The notes: generated by a model from the letters alone, not told the origin. Positions 47,161 to 60,114 are shown, counted from the stretch's first letter. The stretch is 64,000 bases of DNA from Squalus acanthias (GCA_030390025.1 CM059432.1:4092001-4156000), one strand, 5' to 3'. Made by a program: numbers and translations.

Positions 47161-48117
47161 GACTTTATGATTCTGGAGACGCTGGCTGGTGCATACTGAA
47201 CGTCTCCTCCAGATCTATCAAGGCATCTGAAGCACATCTTCAGCATGCCTTCTGCTTGCTCGCATCTGGTGGACATGTGGCTCTTATTACAATGCTCCTC
47301 AGCCTCAGTACTTGGCCTCCTCAAGGGTGCCATGAGCCACGCCTTCACTGGGTAGCCCTTGTCTCCAAGCAGCCAGCCGATAAGTCTGTTCGGAGGTGCG
47401 AAGAGCTAAGGAAGGGTGGACTGGCGCAGGATGAAAGAGTCATGACAGCTGCCAGGGAATCTGGTGCACACATGCATGATGATCTTCCTATGGTTGCAGA
47501 CAAGCTGCACATTGAGGGAGTGGAAGCCCTTGCGGTTCACAAACACTCCTGGGTGATGCTGGGGTGCCCTGATGGCCACATGTGAGCAGTCGATGACGCC
47601 CTGCACCTGTGGGAAGCCAGCCAGAGCTGCAAAGCCGAGCGCCCGCTCAGTAACACCGGCCTCATCAGTGGCAAAGTTTACATAATTGGCTGACTTGTGA
47701 AACATGACATCGGTCACCTGGGAGATGCATCTGTGAGTGGCCGATTGCGAGTTCCTGCAAAAGTCTGCTGCAGATCCCTGGAAGGAGCCTGAGGCGAAGA
47801 AGTTGAGGGTGGTGGTGACTTTGACAGCCACTGGTAAGGCGTGTCCACCAGGTCCTCTGGGCAGCAGGTCTTATTCCAGCAAGCTACAAATGTCTGCAAT
47901 GACCTGGCGCGATAGCCTGAGCCTCCTTTGGCAGTGGTGCTCAGTCATGGCCAGGAAGCTCATCCTCTGCCTGTATACCCTGTGTTGGGGGTATCGCCTC
48001 CGGCGCGGTGCAGCCCTGCGCTGACCCCTTCTCTCCTGTGGAGCATCAGGTCGTTGAGGAGAAGGCTGCTGGTGTTGTTGCCGCTGCTGCTGGTGTGCTT
48101 TGTAGGGGGTGGTGGTT

Positions 48118-49398
48118 TGTGTCAGCTTCACCTCTGACTTCTGAGCGGTTCGAATCGCTCCCACTCCCTTGGTTCTAGACCTTGGACTTATTTGGGGGTT
48201 GTGACAAAAGTGCAACAGACAACTGGTTTTGGTGCAAGAACTTTGATCTTTATTCAAGAAAGTAAAACACAACACAACAATCTTAATACTCTAAAAGTGG
48301 GGAACACTTCGGTACAAGCGAGGGAAATAACATTAGAAGAATACTTCACCCCTCCCAATCCCACTTCACTAGCTAGGTTGGGCTGTGGAGGACCAGGGAT
48401 AAAGCTCACCAAACGAATCCTTGACAGTTGAGAGTTAGGGTTTAGAGTCTTTTGAGCAAAAAGTTTCGTAAGGCCCTTGTTGCCGCGAGGTGTCCGATGG
48501 TCACTGAGGCAGTCGCTCTGGTTTCTTCTTGCGTGTTGGCCTGCTTGTTCCTTGCTGCCTGCTTGTTTCGTTGAAACTGTGTACGGTTGTACTCGAGAAC
48601 TCCTTTCTGTTGTAACTGTGTAACTGCTTGCCTCCTTGAACTGCCGTGTAACTCTACTGGAGAACTCAAACTCCTGAGAACTGCTGAACTCCTTAACTTG
48701 TTGAACTCCCTTCAACAGCTTCTTGCTGAACTCCCTGAACAGCTTCTTGTTTAACTGCTTGCTGAATTCCTTGCTGCTGTGTGACTCTACTGGAGAACTC
48801 GAACTTGAGAACTTGTTGTAACTGCTGAACTGACTTCTTGCATTGTAAGATTTTGGAGGGCTCGTTAACAGTAACTGGTTTGTAAATGTGTGAAGTGGTT
48901 TCGGGATAGCTCCATCCTGTTGATTTCCTCGGTTGATTACAGGTGATTGTTTTTGTGTTTGGTTTTCTTGACTGGGCCCGGGTTTTCTATAGAACGGGTC
49001 TGAGTGGTTTGTATTATGCATGGTTTTGATGGGTCCTGTGATAGGTTTTGATGGGGCCTGTGTTTTGGGTGGACTGCCTTCTCACAGGGTCTATTGTCAA
49101 AATGTTAATATCTGCTGGGGGTTTGAGTGAGGTCATGATGGTACCCCAGACAGTGTAATAAACTGCAATAGCCAAACTGCTTTTACAGAGGTTGACCCCA
49201 CCTTCCTTTACAGCCTTTTTCTCCCTTACAAGTCCAGACATGTTTTAAAAATCCCAAATCTTGGTTTTTGCTCGAAAAGTCCTTCGGTTAGGCCCAATGC
49301 ACTTCACCACCCTGTAATAGCTAGGAAAGAGTCCAAAGTCTTTTTCCTTAGGGGTTTTCTTAGAGTTTAGGGGGTTCTGTGAATTTTGAAAATCTTAC
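48118..49398 (-). mobile_element. Solo-LTR-like insert family C (about 1.28 kb; last bases displaced to 50059-50061 by a MITE)
   Basis: Interrupts the transposase. Minus strand reads TGTAAG...GACACA with TATAGAAAA (48983-48991) and AATAAA (48249-48254); TSD not clean. Confidence 0.6.
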
Positions 49399-50058
49399 GG
49401 GCTGGATTTTCATTGACCCGTGGAGGCGGGTTTGGAGGCGTGTGGGGGGGTTAAAATTGCGAAAAGTGGCGGGCGGGCACAAGGCCGCCTCCATCCCGCC
49501 TCCACGCAATTTTGATGAAATCGTATCTGCTGGTCCCGCCTGCGTCCTGCCTTTAAGAGACGGGATAGGCTGTAAAGGCCCTTAACAAGCATTAATTGGC
49601 TCTATAATGCCATTTTGAAAGGCCTTTGTGATTTTAACCCTTGTTCTACGTGATGCACGCCTGTTCTGAAACACGATTGTGAAACCTGGCGGGAGCACAT
49701 TTGGATAGCTGACTATCAGTGGCTGCGCTGACTATCAGTGAGTGAGTGGCTGGCTGGCTGTCTCTCTCTCTCTCTCTCTCTCTCTCCAGACTTAGAGCTG
49801 CTGCTCATTTTGCATCCAGGTCCTCTCACAGCAAAGGCCAGGCAGTCTCTGACCTGCAATGCAGCATCAATGATGACATCATCAGAGGTGACTTTCAGAC
49901 TGAAACCACTAATTGGTTCATGGGTTCCCACATGCTGGAACTCAATTGCCCAATTAGGTGACAATTGCATCAATCTCCCACATCCAATTGCAGTCAGGTG
50001 GATAACACGAAATGCGGATGACACGACCCCAATCCGTCCCAGTATCAAAATCCAGCCC
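49399..50058. mobile_element. Harbinger-like MITE
   Basis: Perfect TIR GGGCTGGATTTT / AAAATCCAGCCC; 3-bp TSD TAC. Termini are shared with 60115-60958 but the interior differs. Confidence 0.88.
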
Positions 50059-50151
50059 TACATCTTGGTGTTGTTGGTGCTGGGGCTCATCTTGATTCTG
50101 AGGACCAAGGTGAGACAGTGTAAGCAGCACCCATGCTGATATAATAGATCA

Positions 50152-50432
50152 TGATGTGGAGATGCCGCCGTTGGACTGGGGTGGACAAAAATGAGAAGTC
50201 GCACAACACCAGGTTATAGTCCAACAGATTTATTTAATTTTACAAGCTTTCGGAGCAGTTCGCTCCTTCGTCAGGTAAGTTAGCAGTGAGAGAATCTCCC
50301 AGAATTCGCAATTTAAACACAAACAAAATATATTCAAATCTTTCCCTACATCAAAGACACACTAAGAGCACAGCCAAGACAATGAGATGTGTCCCAGGGG
50401 GTCCAACGTGTCAAACCACCTGCTGGCTGGAT
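50152..50432 (-). mobile_element. Penelope 3' end (subfamily P1b)
   Basis: Near-identical to 61522-61790. Confidence 0.88.
50240..50278 (-). ncRNA. Minimal type I hammerhead ribozyme motif
   Basis: TTAC-CTGACGA-A-GGAGC-GAACT-GCTCC-GAAA-G-CTT-GTAA. Confidence 0.85.
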
Positions 50433-50949
50433 GGCAGGTAAAGTGGAGATCAGAGGCCCAATCCCTCAATGTTGTGATAATGACTGGCAATGTGGTGAGA
50501 GTGGCTTCCGGGGTTGCAGAAATGGCCTGCAAACTCCTGACAGCTAAATCTCTGCACAAAATGGAGTGAGCAAGAGCCTTTCCCTTAGGCAAGGAAGCAA
50601 GTGTAAGGTGGGAGTATTTATGTGTTTTTCCCAGCTCTCAATGGCCACTGAGCTTCCGCCTCCCCTCCACAGGCGAGGTTCCCAGGCTGCGTCAATCCCG
50701 TGCTCCTGAAAGTTAAAGCTAAAAGCTGCCGTTAAAACCCTCTTAAGGGTCTCTCAACAAGCATTTCAGTACTTGAATGCGGTCGCCCGTCTCTCCCGAG
50801 CGGGTTCGTGGCGCGCCTCCAAACGCGCCCGAGCTAAATGCGGAAGTCAGCGGGATGACGGCGGGTTCCCGACGTGCTGTCGATTTCCGCGAATTTAACT
50901 GCCGACCCGCCCCCAAACCCGCACACGCGGCAGCGGGAAAATTCCGGCC

Positions 50950-51390
50950 AGAGTTAACGCTTCAGGGCGATGACCTTTCGTCAGAACTGGAAAAGGTTGG
51001 AGATGGAAGAGGTTTTTAAGCAAGTGCAGGGGCAGGGAAAGGGGGGAGGGGAGGAAAGAACAAAAGGGAAGGTCTGTGATGGGGTGGAAGGCAGGAGAGA
51101 TTAAATGACAAAAGGGATGATGGTGCAAGGTGAAAGGAGATGGTAATGGGACAAGTAAAGAAACAAAAGATGGCTCTAGAGGAGGTGTCAATGGGATTGG
51201 AAGAATCATGAACAGCTGTCCGAAAAAATAGGGTCAGAGGTTAAGGTCTGATATTGTTGAACTCGATGTTGAGTCCGGAAGGGTGTAAAGTGCCTAATCG
51301 AAAGATGAGACGCTGTTCCTCGAGCTTACGTTGAGCTTCATTGGAACAGTGTAGGAGGGCAAGGACAGAGAGGTCAGAGTGGGAGTGGGG
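50950..51390 (-). mobile_element. Penelope 3' end (family P2) with hammerhead at 50952-50988 (GAAA>GAAG)
   Basis: HSHSDLSVLALLHCSNEAQRKLEEQRLIFRLGTLHPSGLNIEFNN; AGTT-CTGACGA-AAGGTCATCGCCCT-GAAG-C-GTT-AACT. Confidence 0.88.
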
Positions 51391-52169
51391 CGGAGAATTT
51401 ACGACATCAGTTTTTTGTTTATTATTCATTCATGAGATGTGGGCGTCGCTGGCAAGGCCAGCATTTTTTGCCCATGCCTGGTCGCCCTTGAGAAGGTGGT
51501 GGTGGGCCACCTACTTGAACCGCTGCAGTCCGAGCGGTTTGTTGCGACTGAGTGGCTCGCTCGGCCATTTCAGAGGGGCAGTTAAGAGTCAACCGCATTG
51601 CTGGGGGTCAGGTATCACATATAGGCCAGACCGGGTAAGGGCGGCAGATTTCCTTCTCTGAAGGACATTAGTGAACCAGATGGGTTTTTACGACAATCCG
51701 GTAGTTGCATTCATTATTATGGCAGGAACAGCAGAATGTAAATGATTCAGAAGTGTTGCTGAAATAATATCACTCCCATTGCTTCAATGGTTGTGTATAA
51801 TCACATTCTTGTAAATTAGAAAGGAAAGCCATGACGGATGAGGATGTGAATCACCATGACGCTACAGAGGAGTGGGAGGCTAAAGTTGGCTCTTTGATAA
51901 AGCTGTATGGTGCTGTGACCTTTTGGCAGCGAGCCTTGCTGTAATGTATACACTCAAGTGGTAATCTCCTCAGTAAACATTATTTCTCCGCAGATTCCCT
52001 TTGTCTGAAGTTCTGAGATCAGCATTGAAAAATTCCAGCTTATTTCAATATTAGATGAAAGCAGGTATTATCTCCATGGATACTCGCATGACACACATGG
52101 CGGTTCCATCACAAGTTTCAAGTTTAATCATTTCAGTGCAGGTTTAAAAACTGGAACTATATCTTAAAC

Positions 52170-53420
52170 TATATATAGAATTGAAAAGCAGAGAAGTTAT
52201 GTTAAGTTCGTATGGAACCTTGGTTAGACCACACTTGGAGTACTGTGCACAGTCCTGGGGGTGGGGGGGAAATTCGGTCTGGCCCCGCTTGGGGCGATAA
52301 ACTTTGAAAGCTGGAAAAATTAGCGCCAGGCGCTAATGATTCTCGGCATTCTCTAAATTGGGTGTTAGCGCTCCAGGAAGGAAGTGGAGCGCTAAACCAC
52401 GCGGGGGGGGCGGGAGAGGAGCAGCGCTGCACAGTGTCCCGAGGGCTCCTTCCCTACCTTAAAGGGAAGGGCCATCGCTGCAGACTCTGCATTTGAACCA
52501 TCTCCCTCGTCGCCGACGGCAGCCGGGATCTAACAGAGTGCGGGGCTGGTCAATCGCGCCATTTAAACATTTTCAAAATGCGCCCTAAAGGAAGGAAACA
52601 CGTTTCTACCGAAGACCTGCAGCCTTACCTTTAATTAGCGCTCCCGAAGCGCCCGGCCTCCCGAACAACGGCCTCCTGCAGCTCTCGGTGTTGTCGCCCG
52701 GCGATGCTGCAGGGGGCGGAACCGAATTTCGGGTCCGGGGCGCCGCGCAGCCGCATGACGTGACGATCTCCGGGCGCAGGAGAGCGTGGCGCTAGGGGTT
52801 ACCGCCGCCGCAAACCTCCAGGTGAATTTCGCGGGCGGCGGAACTGTCACCCCAGAGGTGCTAACGGGAGGCGCAAAGGAGGCGAACTTCTCGCCCTTAG
52901 TCTCCATATTATAAAAAGGACGTGGAAAGACTGGAGAAGGTGCAAAAAAAGATTTACTAGAATTATAACAGAACTGAGGGGTTATACCCATCAGGAAAGA
53001 CTGAACAGCCTGGGGCTCTTTTCTCTAGAAAAGAGAAGGCTGAGGGGTGACCTGATAGAGGTCTTTAACATTATGAAGGGGTTCAATAGGGTAGATTTGG
53101 AGAAGATGTTTCCACTTGCGGGTGAGACCAGAACTAGGGGTCATAAATATAAGACAGTCACTAATAAATCCAATCGGGAATTCAGGAGAAACTTCTTTAC
53201 TCAGAGAGTGGTGAGAATGTGGAACTCGCTACCATAGGGAGTGGTTGAGGTGAATAGTGTAGATGCATTTAAGGGGAAGCTGGATAAACACAGAGAAAGG
53301 TACAGAAGGATATGATGACGGGGTGAGATGAAGTAGGGTGGGAGGAGGCTCGTGTGGAGTATAAACACCGGCACGGAGCAGTTGGGCCGAATGGCCTGTT
53401 TCTGTACTATAAAAACTTTG
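52170..53420 (+). mobile_element. CR1 3' fragment split by a GC-rich Harbinger-like element (about 52259-52896)
   Basis: [18 protein letters not shown] continuity across the insert; insert ends GGGGGAAATTCG / CGAACTTCTCGCCC. Confidence 0.8.
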
Positions 53421-53956
53421 TAACTTAAGTATGCATCATCGACTCTTTATAATAAAAAATAATTACACCTGCATTTCCAACTTCATAATCAACATTCTTC
53501 ATCAACTCTGACCAGCACCCTTTTACACTGCTAGGCAGATCCTGTACCTAACGGAAATTAAATGGGCCAAATGTGCTTTTCCATTTTGCTTTGGTTCATA
53601 GCCTGCTGATGTTGGTCTGAGATGTTGACAGAACGTGAGGAAGCCTCCAGTGGTCCAACGTTCTGTAAAGGTTTCGAAGCTAGGATCATCATCAGGATCA
53701 TCGTTTGATGACGATGTGCCTGTCAAACTCTTCAATCGCAACATTAATGTCGAGCAATAGCCGCGGAATTGCATTCTGTGATCATCTTGGATTTTATAGC
53801 AGGAAATTTTGGCTTGCCATCCTGGCATTTCCAACACAATTACTTTATAAATGTTGTTTCTTTTGAATTATTTTCTGGGTCAATCTAAGGTTTGAAAAGA
53901 ACCAGGCCAAAACAGAGTCTGTTTAAAATGATGACAACTGCGGTTGAGGCATTTGG

Positions 53957-54546
53957 GGGGCTAAATTCGGTTGATTTATGCCTCCCATTAGCGCCCTAAG
54001 CTTGGGCGCGGCGCTGCTAACGCCTACCATGAAATTCAGCAGGAGGTTAGCGTCATCGCTGTGCACAGCGCCCCGCTCGCGCCCCGGCTGTAATATTGGG
54101 TGGCGCCCCCCGACTTACCGCCGGACGCTATGTCCGCCGGGGTCAGGGGGGCCTACCTGCAGCCGGGGCAACGCTATTTATAGGGGAGGTGGCGGGCGAC
54201 CATTTTTGTTGCTGGCCGCCTGCCAGCACCTGCCCCTTTTGCTGTCCCCGGCCCCCGTTAAGCCCCCCTGCGGGGTGCCGGCTGCTCTCCATGAGCCCGG
54301 CACTCCCGATCCCTGGTGGCCCAGCTGGGCGCCGGGATGCGCTGCGCCAGGCCCCTCCCCTTTAATAAGGGGAGGAAGGCCTGCAGTACCGTGGCGCGAT
54401 ATTGGCTCGCAGCGCCCCAAGAGGGACGCGGGGCGCTTCCATTAGCGCCCCTCCTCCCTCTCGGGGCGCTACCTGGTAAAATCGGCAGCGGGGGCGCAAA
54501 CTTTTTCGGGGCGCTAAAATTAGTGCTCCGCCCAATTTTTTACTCC
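53957..54546. mobile_element. GC-rich Harbinger-like non-autonomous element
   Basis: Degenerate TIR GGGGCTAAATT / AATTTTTTACTCC; repeated TTAGCGCC/GGCGCTAA motifs shared with 52259-52896. Confidence 0.6.
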
Positions 54547-54559
54547 TTGGAATTCAGTT

Positions 54560-55337
54560 TACCTAGAGCGGACAGGAAGCACCTATTTCCCTTAGCAGAG
54601 AGGTCAATAACCAGGGGGCATAAATTTAAATTAATTGGTGGAAGGATTAGAAAGAAGAAAGAAAGACTTGTGTTTATATAGCGCCTTTCATGACCACCGG
54701 ACGTCCCAAAGCACTTTACAGCCAATGAAGTACTATTTTTGAAGTGTAGTCACTGTTGTAATGTGGGAAACGCGGCAGGCAAATTGCGCACAGCAAGCTC
54801 CCACAAACAGCAATGTGATAATGACCAGATAATCTGTTTTTAGTGATGTTGATTGAGGGATAAATATTTGCCAGGGATCTTTTACGTCCACCTGCGAGAG
54901 CAGACGGGGCCTCGGTTTAACGTCCCATCTGAAAGACGGCACCTCCGACAGTGCAGCATTCCCTCAGCACTGCACTGGAGTATCAAATTAGATTTTTGGT
55001 GCTCAAGTTCCTGGAGTGGGACTCCGAACCTACAATATTCTGACTCAGAGGCAAGGGTGCTACCCACTGAGCCACGGTTGACCAGAGGGGAGTTGAGGAG
55101 AAATGTTTTCACCCAGAGGGTGGTGGGGTCTGGAACTCACTGCCTGAAAGGGTGGTAGAGGCAGAAACCCTCATCGCATTTAAAAAGTACTTGGATATGC
55201 ACTTGAAGTGCCGTAACCTACAGGGCTACGGACCAAGAGCTGGAAAGTGGGATTAGGCTGGGTGGCTCTTTGTCGGTCGGCACAGACACAATGGGCCGAA
55301 TATCCTCCTTCTGTGCCGGAAATTTGTATGATTCTAT
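54560..55337 (+). mobile_element. CR1 3' end interrupted by a full DeuSINE (54651-55082, minus)
   Basis: GGAAGGATTAG|AGAGGGGAGTTGAGG continuity across the SINE. Confidence 0.9.
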
Positions 55338-56091
55338 GAATTCATTTTCATTTTTCAAAATTAAATTGCAATGTTCGTGGGTTTTGGCTCTGAGCTGAAT
55401 GGTGCTGGGGTTCGTTTTGCATCTAAATAAGTATCTAAAATAGGGTCAAATCAGTCATTACTTGGTTCCATGCTGCTGTTTACTATAATAGCTTAAATAA
55501 ATCATGGACTGTGAAATCATCCACGTGTATTAACCATCAGCTTTAATCAGTCAGCAATGCTGTCTGGATTTTATTCTTCATAAAATAAAATGGCAGATAA
55601 AGGTCACAGTCTTCAACTAGACATAAAAAAACCCTGAATGTTACAGCTTGCAAAGGATTGACCTTTGTTACTGTAGGAACCTATTTTTTAATATAAAATT
55701 TACTCTGATTGATTTCAGTTGAAAAACCTTCCCAATCAGATAGATTGATGAACTCTTGGTGTGCATGACTCAATACCAGGTCACTGATAGTGATCTTTCT
55801 GGATTGCTGTGTCTCCTGGAATGAATAATGAGGCTTACGGCAAATAGTGTTATTATTGCACAGAAACCTGGTGAAAGCAAAACAATCATGGATGGGTCAT
55901 TCCTATTCAAGCTTGATGTACGTTTTTCAATGAATGTTTGGAAGCCAATCTCCTGTCTATCAAGCACCCAGAGAAACTGGTAGCTGCTGCTATTAATGCA
56001 TCATCCCTACGTTACAGCAGTGAAAACACTTCAAAATTGGCTGTAAAGCGCTTTGGGACGTCCTGAGGTCAAGAAAGTAAATATAGAAATG

Positions 56092-56103
56092 TCTTTCTCT
56101 CTT

Positions 56104-56154
<51 letters not shown>

Positions 56155-56368
56155 TTCTCTCTTTCTTTCTCTCTCTTTCTCTCTCTTTCTCTCGTTCTCT
56201 CTTTCTCTCTCTTTCTCTCTTTCTTTCTCTCTCTCCCTTTCTCTCTCTTTCATTCTCTCGTTCTCTCTCTTACTTTCTCTCTTTCTTTCTCTCTCTTTCT
56301 CTTTCTCTCTTTCTCTCTCTTACTTTCTCTCTTTCTTTCTCTCTCTCTCTTTCTCTCTTTCTTTCTCT
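56092..56368. repeat. (CT)n/(CTTT) polypyrimidine microsatellite at the end of a SINE tail (56008-56095)
   Basis: About 275 nt of almost pure C/T directly after ..TATAGAAATGTCTTTCT. Confidence 0.95.
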
Positions 56369-56609
56369 ATCAGACAGTATACACAGTGAGAGGCACCTAC
56401 CACAAAAGGTTAAATAAAAAGAGTATTGCAGCATTCTTGGTTCTGGACACTTTTAACTACATTATAGGGATTTGTTAAATTATGCTGTTCAACTTTGGAA
56501 ATTTGCTTTTAATTCTAAATATTCTCTGACTGCTGTTATTTGATTTGCATTCAGCAAGATATTGACGGCTAACGTTCCAGATTATTTTGCATGCAGACAG
56601 GAGTGTCTT

Positions 56610-56965
56610 TCAGAATTATGTGGGGTTTTGATAGAATAAATAAGGAGAAACAGTTTCCAGTGGCAGGAGGGTCGGTAACCAGAGGACACAGATTTAAGGT
56701 AATTGGCAAAAGAACCAGAGGGGATGAAATGACACAGCGAGTTGTTGTGATCTGGAACGCGCTGCCTGAAAGGGCGGTGGAAGCAGATTCAATAGTAACT
56801 TTCAAAAGGGGAATTGGAAAAATACTTGAAGAGGAAAAATTTGCAGGGCTCTGGGGAAAGAGCAGGGGGGGAGTGGGACTAACTGGAGAGCTCTTTCAAA
56901 GAGCCGGCACAGACACGATGGGCCGAATGGCCTCCTCCTGTGCTGTATCATTCTATGATTCTAAG
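56610..56965 (+). mobile_element. CR1 3' end
   Basis: TRGHRFKVIG..QRVVVIWNALP; TTCTATGA tail. Confidence 0.9.
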
Positions 56966-57529
56966 TGAGTTACATGCTCAAGTATAATACGCTCAAATCT
57001 TCTCGATCTTTTATACCCTGTTTGGGCTTCGACATCTTCCCAGGCAGGTCCTGACTCTCCAGCCTGGCGGAGGAAGCGAGGCCAGAGTTAAAATTGCAGT
57101 CGAGGCCCAGTGACATCATCGGGCGGCTATCCGCATATTTAAAGAAGGGCCCTTCCTGCTAAGCCATCCACCCAGGAGCCTGCGTAAAAAAATTTTGGTC
57201 GATGGGATCGGTGCGGCTCGAGGGCGATTTTAGATGCCCACCACATGCCCGGTTTCCGCCGGGCGGGTAGGTTTAAAATCGCCCGCCATGTTTTCTCCCT
57301 ACAATTGGTGAAACCACTTCAGAGCAGCGTTTTGGATTATGAAGAGAAACACCACCGGCTCAGAGCTGCTTTCCCCTGAGGCTCTCCAACTTAGACAAGG
57401 TACATGAAGCACTGCAGCAACTCGCCAAGGCTTCTTCGGCAGCACCTCCCAAACCCGCGACCTCTACCACCGAGAAGGACAAGGGCAGCAGGCGCATGGG
57501 AACACCACCACCTCCAAGTTCCCCTCCAG

Positions 57530-59877
57530 GCCATCTTAGACTGGATATTATGTAATGAGAAAGGATTAATTAGCAATCTTGTTGTGCGAGGCCCCTTGGG
57601 GCGGAGCGATCATAATATGATAGAATTCTTCATTAAGATGGAGAATTAAATAGTTGACTCAGAGACTAGGGTCCTGAATTTAAATAAAGGAAACTACGAT
57701 GGTATGAGGCGCGAGTTGGGTAGGATAGATTAGGGAATGTTACTCAAAGGATTGACGGTGGATAGGCAATGGCAAACATTCAAAGATCGCATGGATGAAC
57801 TACAGAATTTGTTCATCCCTGTCTGGCATAAAAATAAAACAAAAAAGGTGACTCAAACATGGCTGACAAGGGAAATCAGGGATAGCATAAGATCCAAGGA
57901 GAGGGCATATAAATTGGCCAGAAAAAGCAGTAAACCTGAGGATTGGGAGCAGTTTAGGATTCAACAAAGGAGGACAAAGGGATTAATTAAGAGGGGGAAA
58001 ATAGAGTACGAGTGTAAGCTGGCAGGGAACATAAAAACTGACTGTAAAAGCTTTTATAAATATGTAAAGAGAAAAAGATTGGTGAAGTCAAACGTAGGTC
58101 CCTTGCAGTCAGAATCAGGGGAATTTATAATGGGGAACAAAGAAATGGCACACCAATTAAATACATACTTTGGCTCTGACTTCACAAAGGAGAACACAAG
58201 TAACCTCCCAGAGATGTCGGGGAACATAGGGTCTAATGAGAGAGAGGAACTGAATGAAATCAGTATTTGTAGGGAAATGGGGTTAGGGAAATTGACGGCA
58301 TTAAAGGCCGATAAATCCCCAGGGCCTGATAATCTACATCCTAGGGTACTTAAGGAAGTGGCCCTAGAAATAATAGATGCATTGCTGGTCATCTTCCAAA
58401 ATTCTATAGACTCTGGAACAGTTCCCATGGATTGGAGGGTAGCTAATGTTACCCCACTGTTCAAAAAAGGTGGTAAAGAAAAAACGGGGAATAATCGACC
58501 GGTTGTGGGGAAAATGCTAGAGTCCATTATAAAAGATGTAATAGCAGAGCACTTGGAAAACAGTGACGGGATTGAACAAAGTCAACATGGATTTACAAAA
58601 GGTAAATCGTGCTTGACTAATCTACTGGAATTTTTTGAGGATGTAACTGATAGAATAGATAAGGGAGAACCAGTGGATGTGGTGTATTTGGACTTTCAGA
58701 AGGCTTTCGATAAGCTCCCGCATAAGAGATTAGCATGTAAAGTTAAGGCACATGTGATTGGGGGCAAGGTATTGACTTGGATAGAGAACTGGTTGGCAGA
58801 CAGGAAGCAAAGTGTTGGAATAAACGGGTCTTTTTCCGAGTGGCAGGCAGTGACTAGTGGGGTTCCGCAGGGATCGGTCCTAGGACCCCAGCTATTCACT
58901 ATATATATTAATGATCTAGACGAGGGAACGAGATGTAATATCTCCAAGTTTGCAGATGACACAAAGCTGGGTGGGCATGTGTGCTGCGAGGAGGATGCCG
59001 AGAAACTCCAGTATGATTTGGACAGGTTGGGTGATTATACTGCATCTGCCATGCTTCTGCCCAATGTGGATAAATGCGAGGTTATCCACTTTGGTGGCAA
59101 AAACAGGAAGGCAGATTATTATCTGAACGGCAATAGATTGGGAGAAGGGGAAGTGCAACGAGACCTGGGTGTCCTTGTGCACCAGTCGCTGAAGGTAAGC
59201 ATGTAGGTGCAGCAGGCGGTTAAGAAGGCAAATGGTATGTTGGCCTTCGTAGCGAGAGGGTTTGAGTGCAGGAACAAGGATGTCTTGCTGCAGCTGTACA
59301 GGGCCTTGGTGAGACCACACCTTGAGTATTGTGTGCAGTTTTGGTCACCTTATCTGAGGAAGGATGTTCTTGCCATGGAGGGTGTGCAGCGAAGATTCAC
59401 CAGGCTGATACCTGGGATGGCAGGAATGCCGTACGAGGAGAGATTGGGTCGATTGGGCTTATACTCGCTGGAGTTTAGACGAATGAGAGGAGATCTCATC
59501 GAAACTTATAAAATTCTAACAGGGCTAGACAGACTGGATGCAGGAAGAATGTTCCCGATGGCAACAAGAGGTCAAAGTCTAAAGATAAGGGGGAAGCCAT
59601 TTAGGACTGAGATGAGGAGGAATTTCTTCACCCAGAGAGTGGTGAACCTGTGGAATTCTCTACCACAGAAGGCAGTTGAGGCCAAGTCAATAAATATATT
59701 CAAGAAGGAGTTAGATATATTTCTTAAGGCTAAAGGTATCAAGGGTTATGGGGAGAAGGCAGGTACAGGGTACTGAGTTTGGATGATCAGCCATGATCTC
59801 ATCGAATGGCGGAGCAGGCTCGAGGGGCCGAATGGCCTACTCCTGCTCCTATCTTCTATGTTTCTATGTTTCTATGT
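57530..59877 (+). mobile_element. 2.3-kb 5'-truncated CR1 (end of APE, RT, tail) inserted in an older LINE
   Basis: LGRSDHN, KSPGPD, DFQKAFD and FADD motifs; flanks 57401-57530 and 59878-60110 are contiguous in the 44690-44720 copy. Confidence 0.95.
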
Positions 59878-60114
59878 TTCAAGTCACACACCATCCTGAC
59901 TTGGAAACATATCGGCCGTTCCTTCATCGTCGCTGGGTCAAAATCCTGGAACTCGCTCCCTAACAGCACTGTGGGAGCGCCTTCACCACACGGACTGCAA
60001 TGGTTCAAGAAGGCGTGTCACCACCACCTTCTCGAGGGCAACTAGGGATGGGCAATAAATGCTGGCCTTGCCGGTGACGCCCACATTCTGTAAAAACGAA
60101 TAAAAAAACACAAG

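Larger units (their letters stand above)
47160..50949 (-). mobile_element. PIF/Harbinger transposon remnant with disrupted HARBI1-like (DDE_Tnp_4) transposase (ATG at 50134) and three nested inserts
   Basis: MGAAYTVSPWSSES (50134) joins [70 protein letters not shown] ending at 50949. Confidence 0.9.

Noticed and set aside
47406..47831. HARBI1 host gene
   Set aside because: Stops, frameshifts, a TIR and nested insertions show a dead transposon, not the domesticated gene.
48254..49021. 255-aa Ser/Lys/Gln-rich ORF
   Set aside because: Low-complexity repeats inside an LTR-like insert, spanning its TATA-to-polyA interval; no recognisable domain.
53957..54546. CpG-island promoter (also 5650-6000 and 52260-52900)
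   Set aside because: The GC-rich blocks are bounded by Harbinger-like termini, and one interrupts a CR1; they are transposon interiors.
55993..56478. ER/EK-rich and SL/FL-rich ORFs
   Set aside because: Translations of the CT microsatellite.
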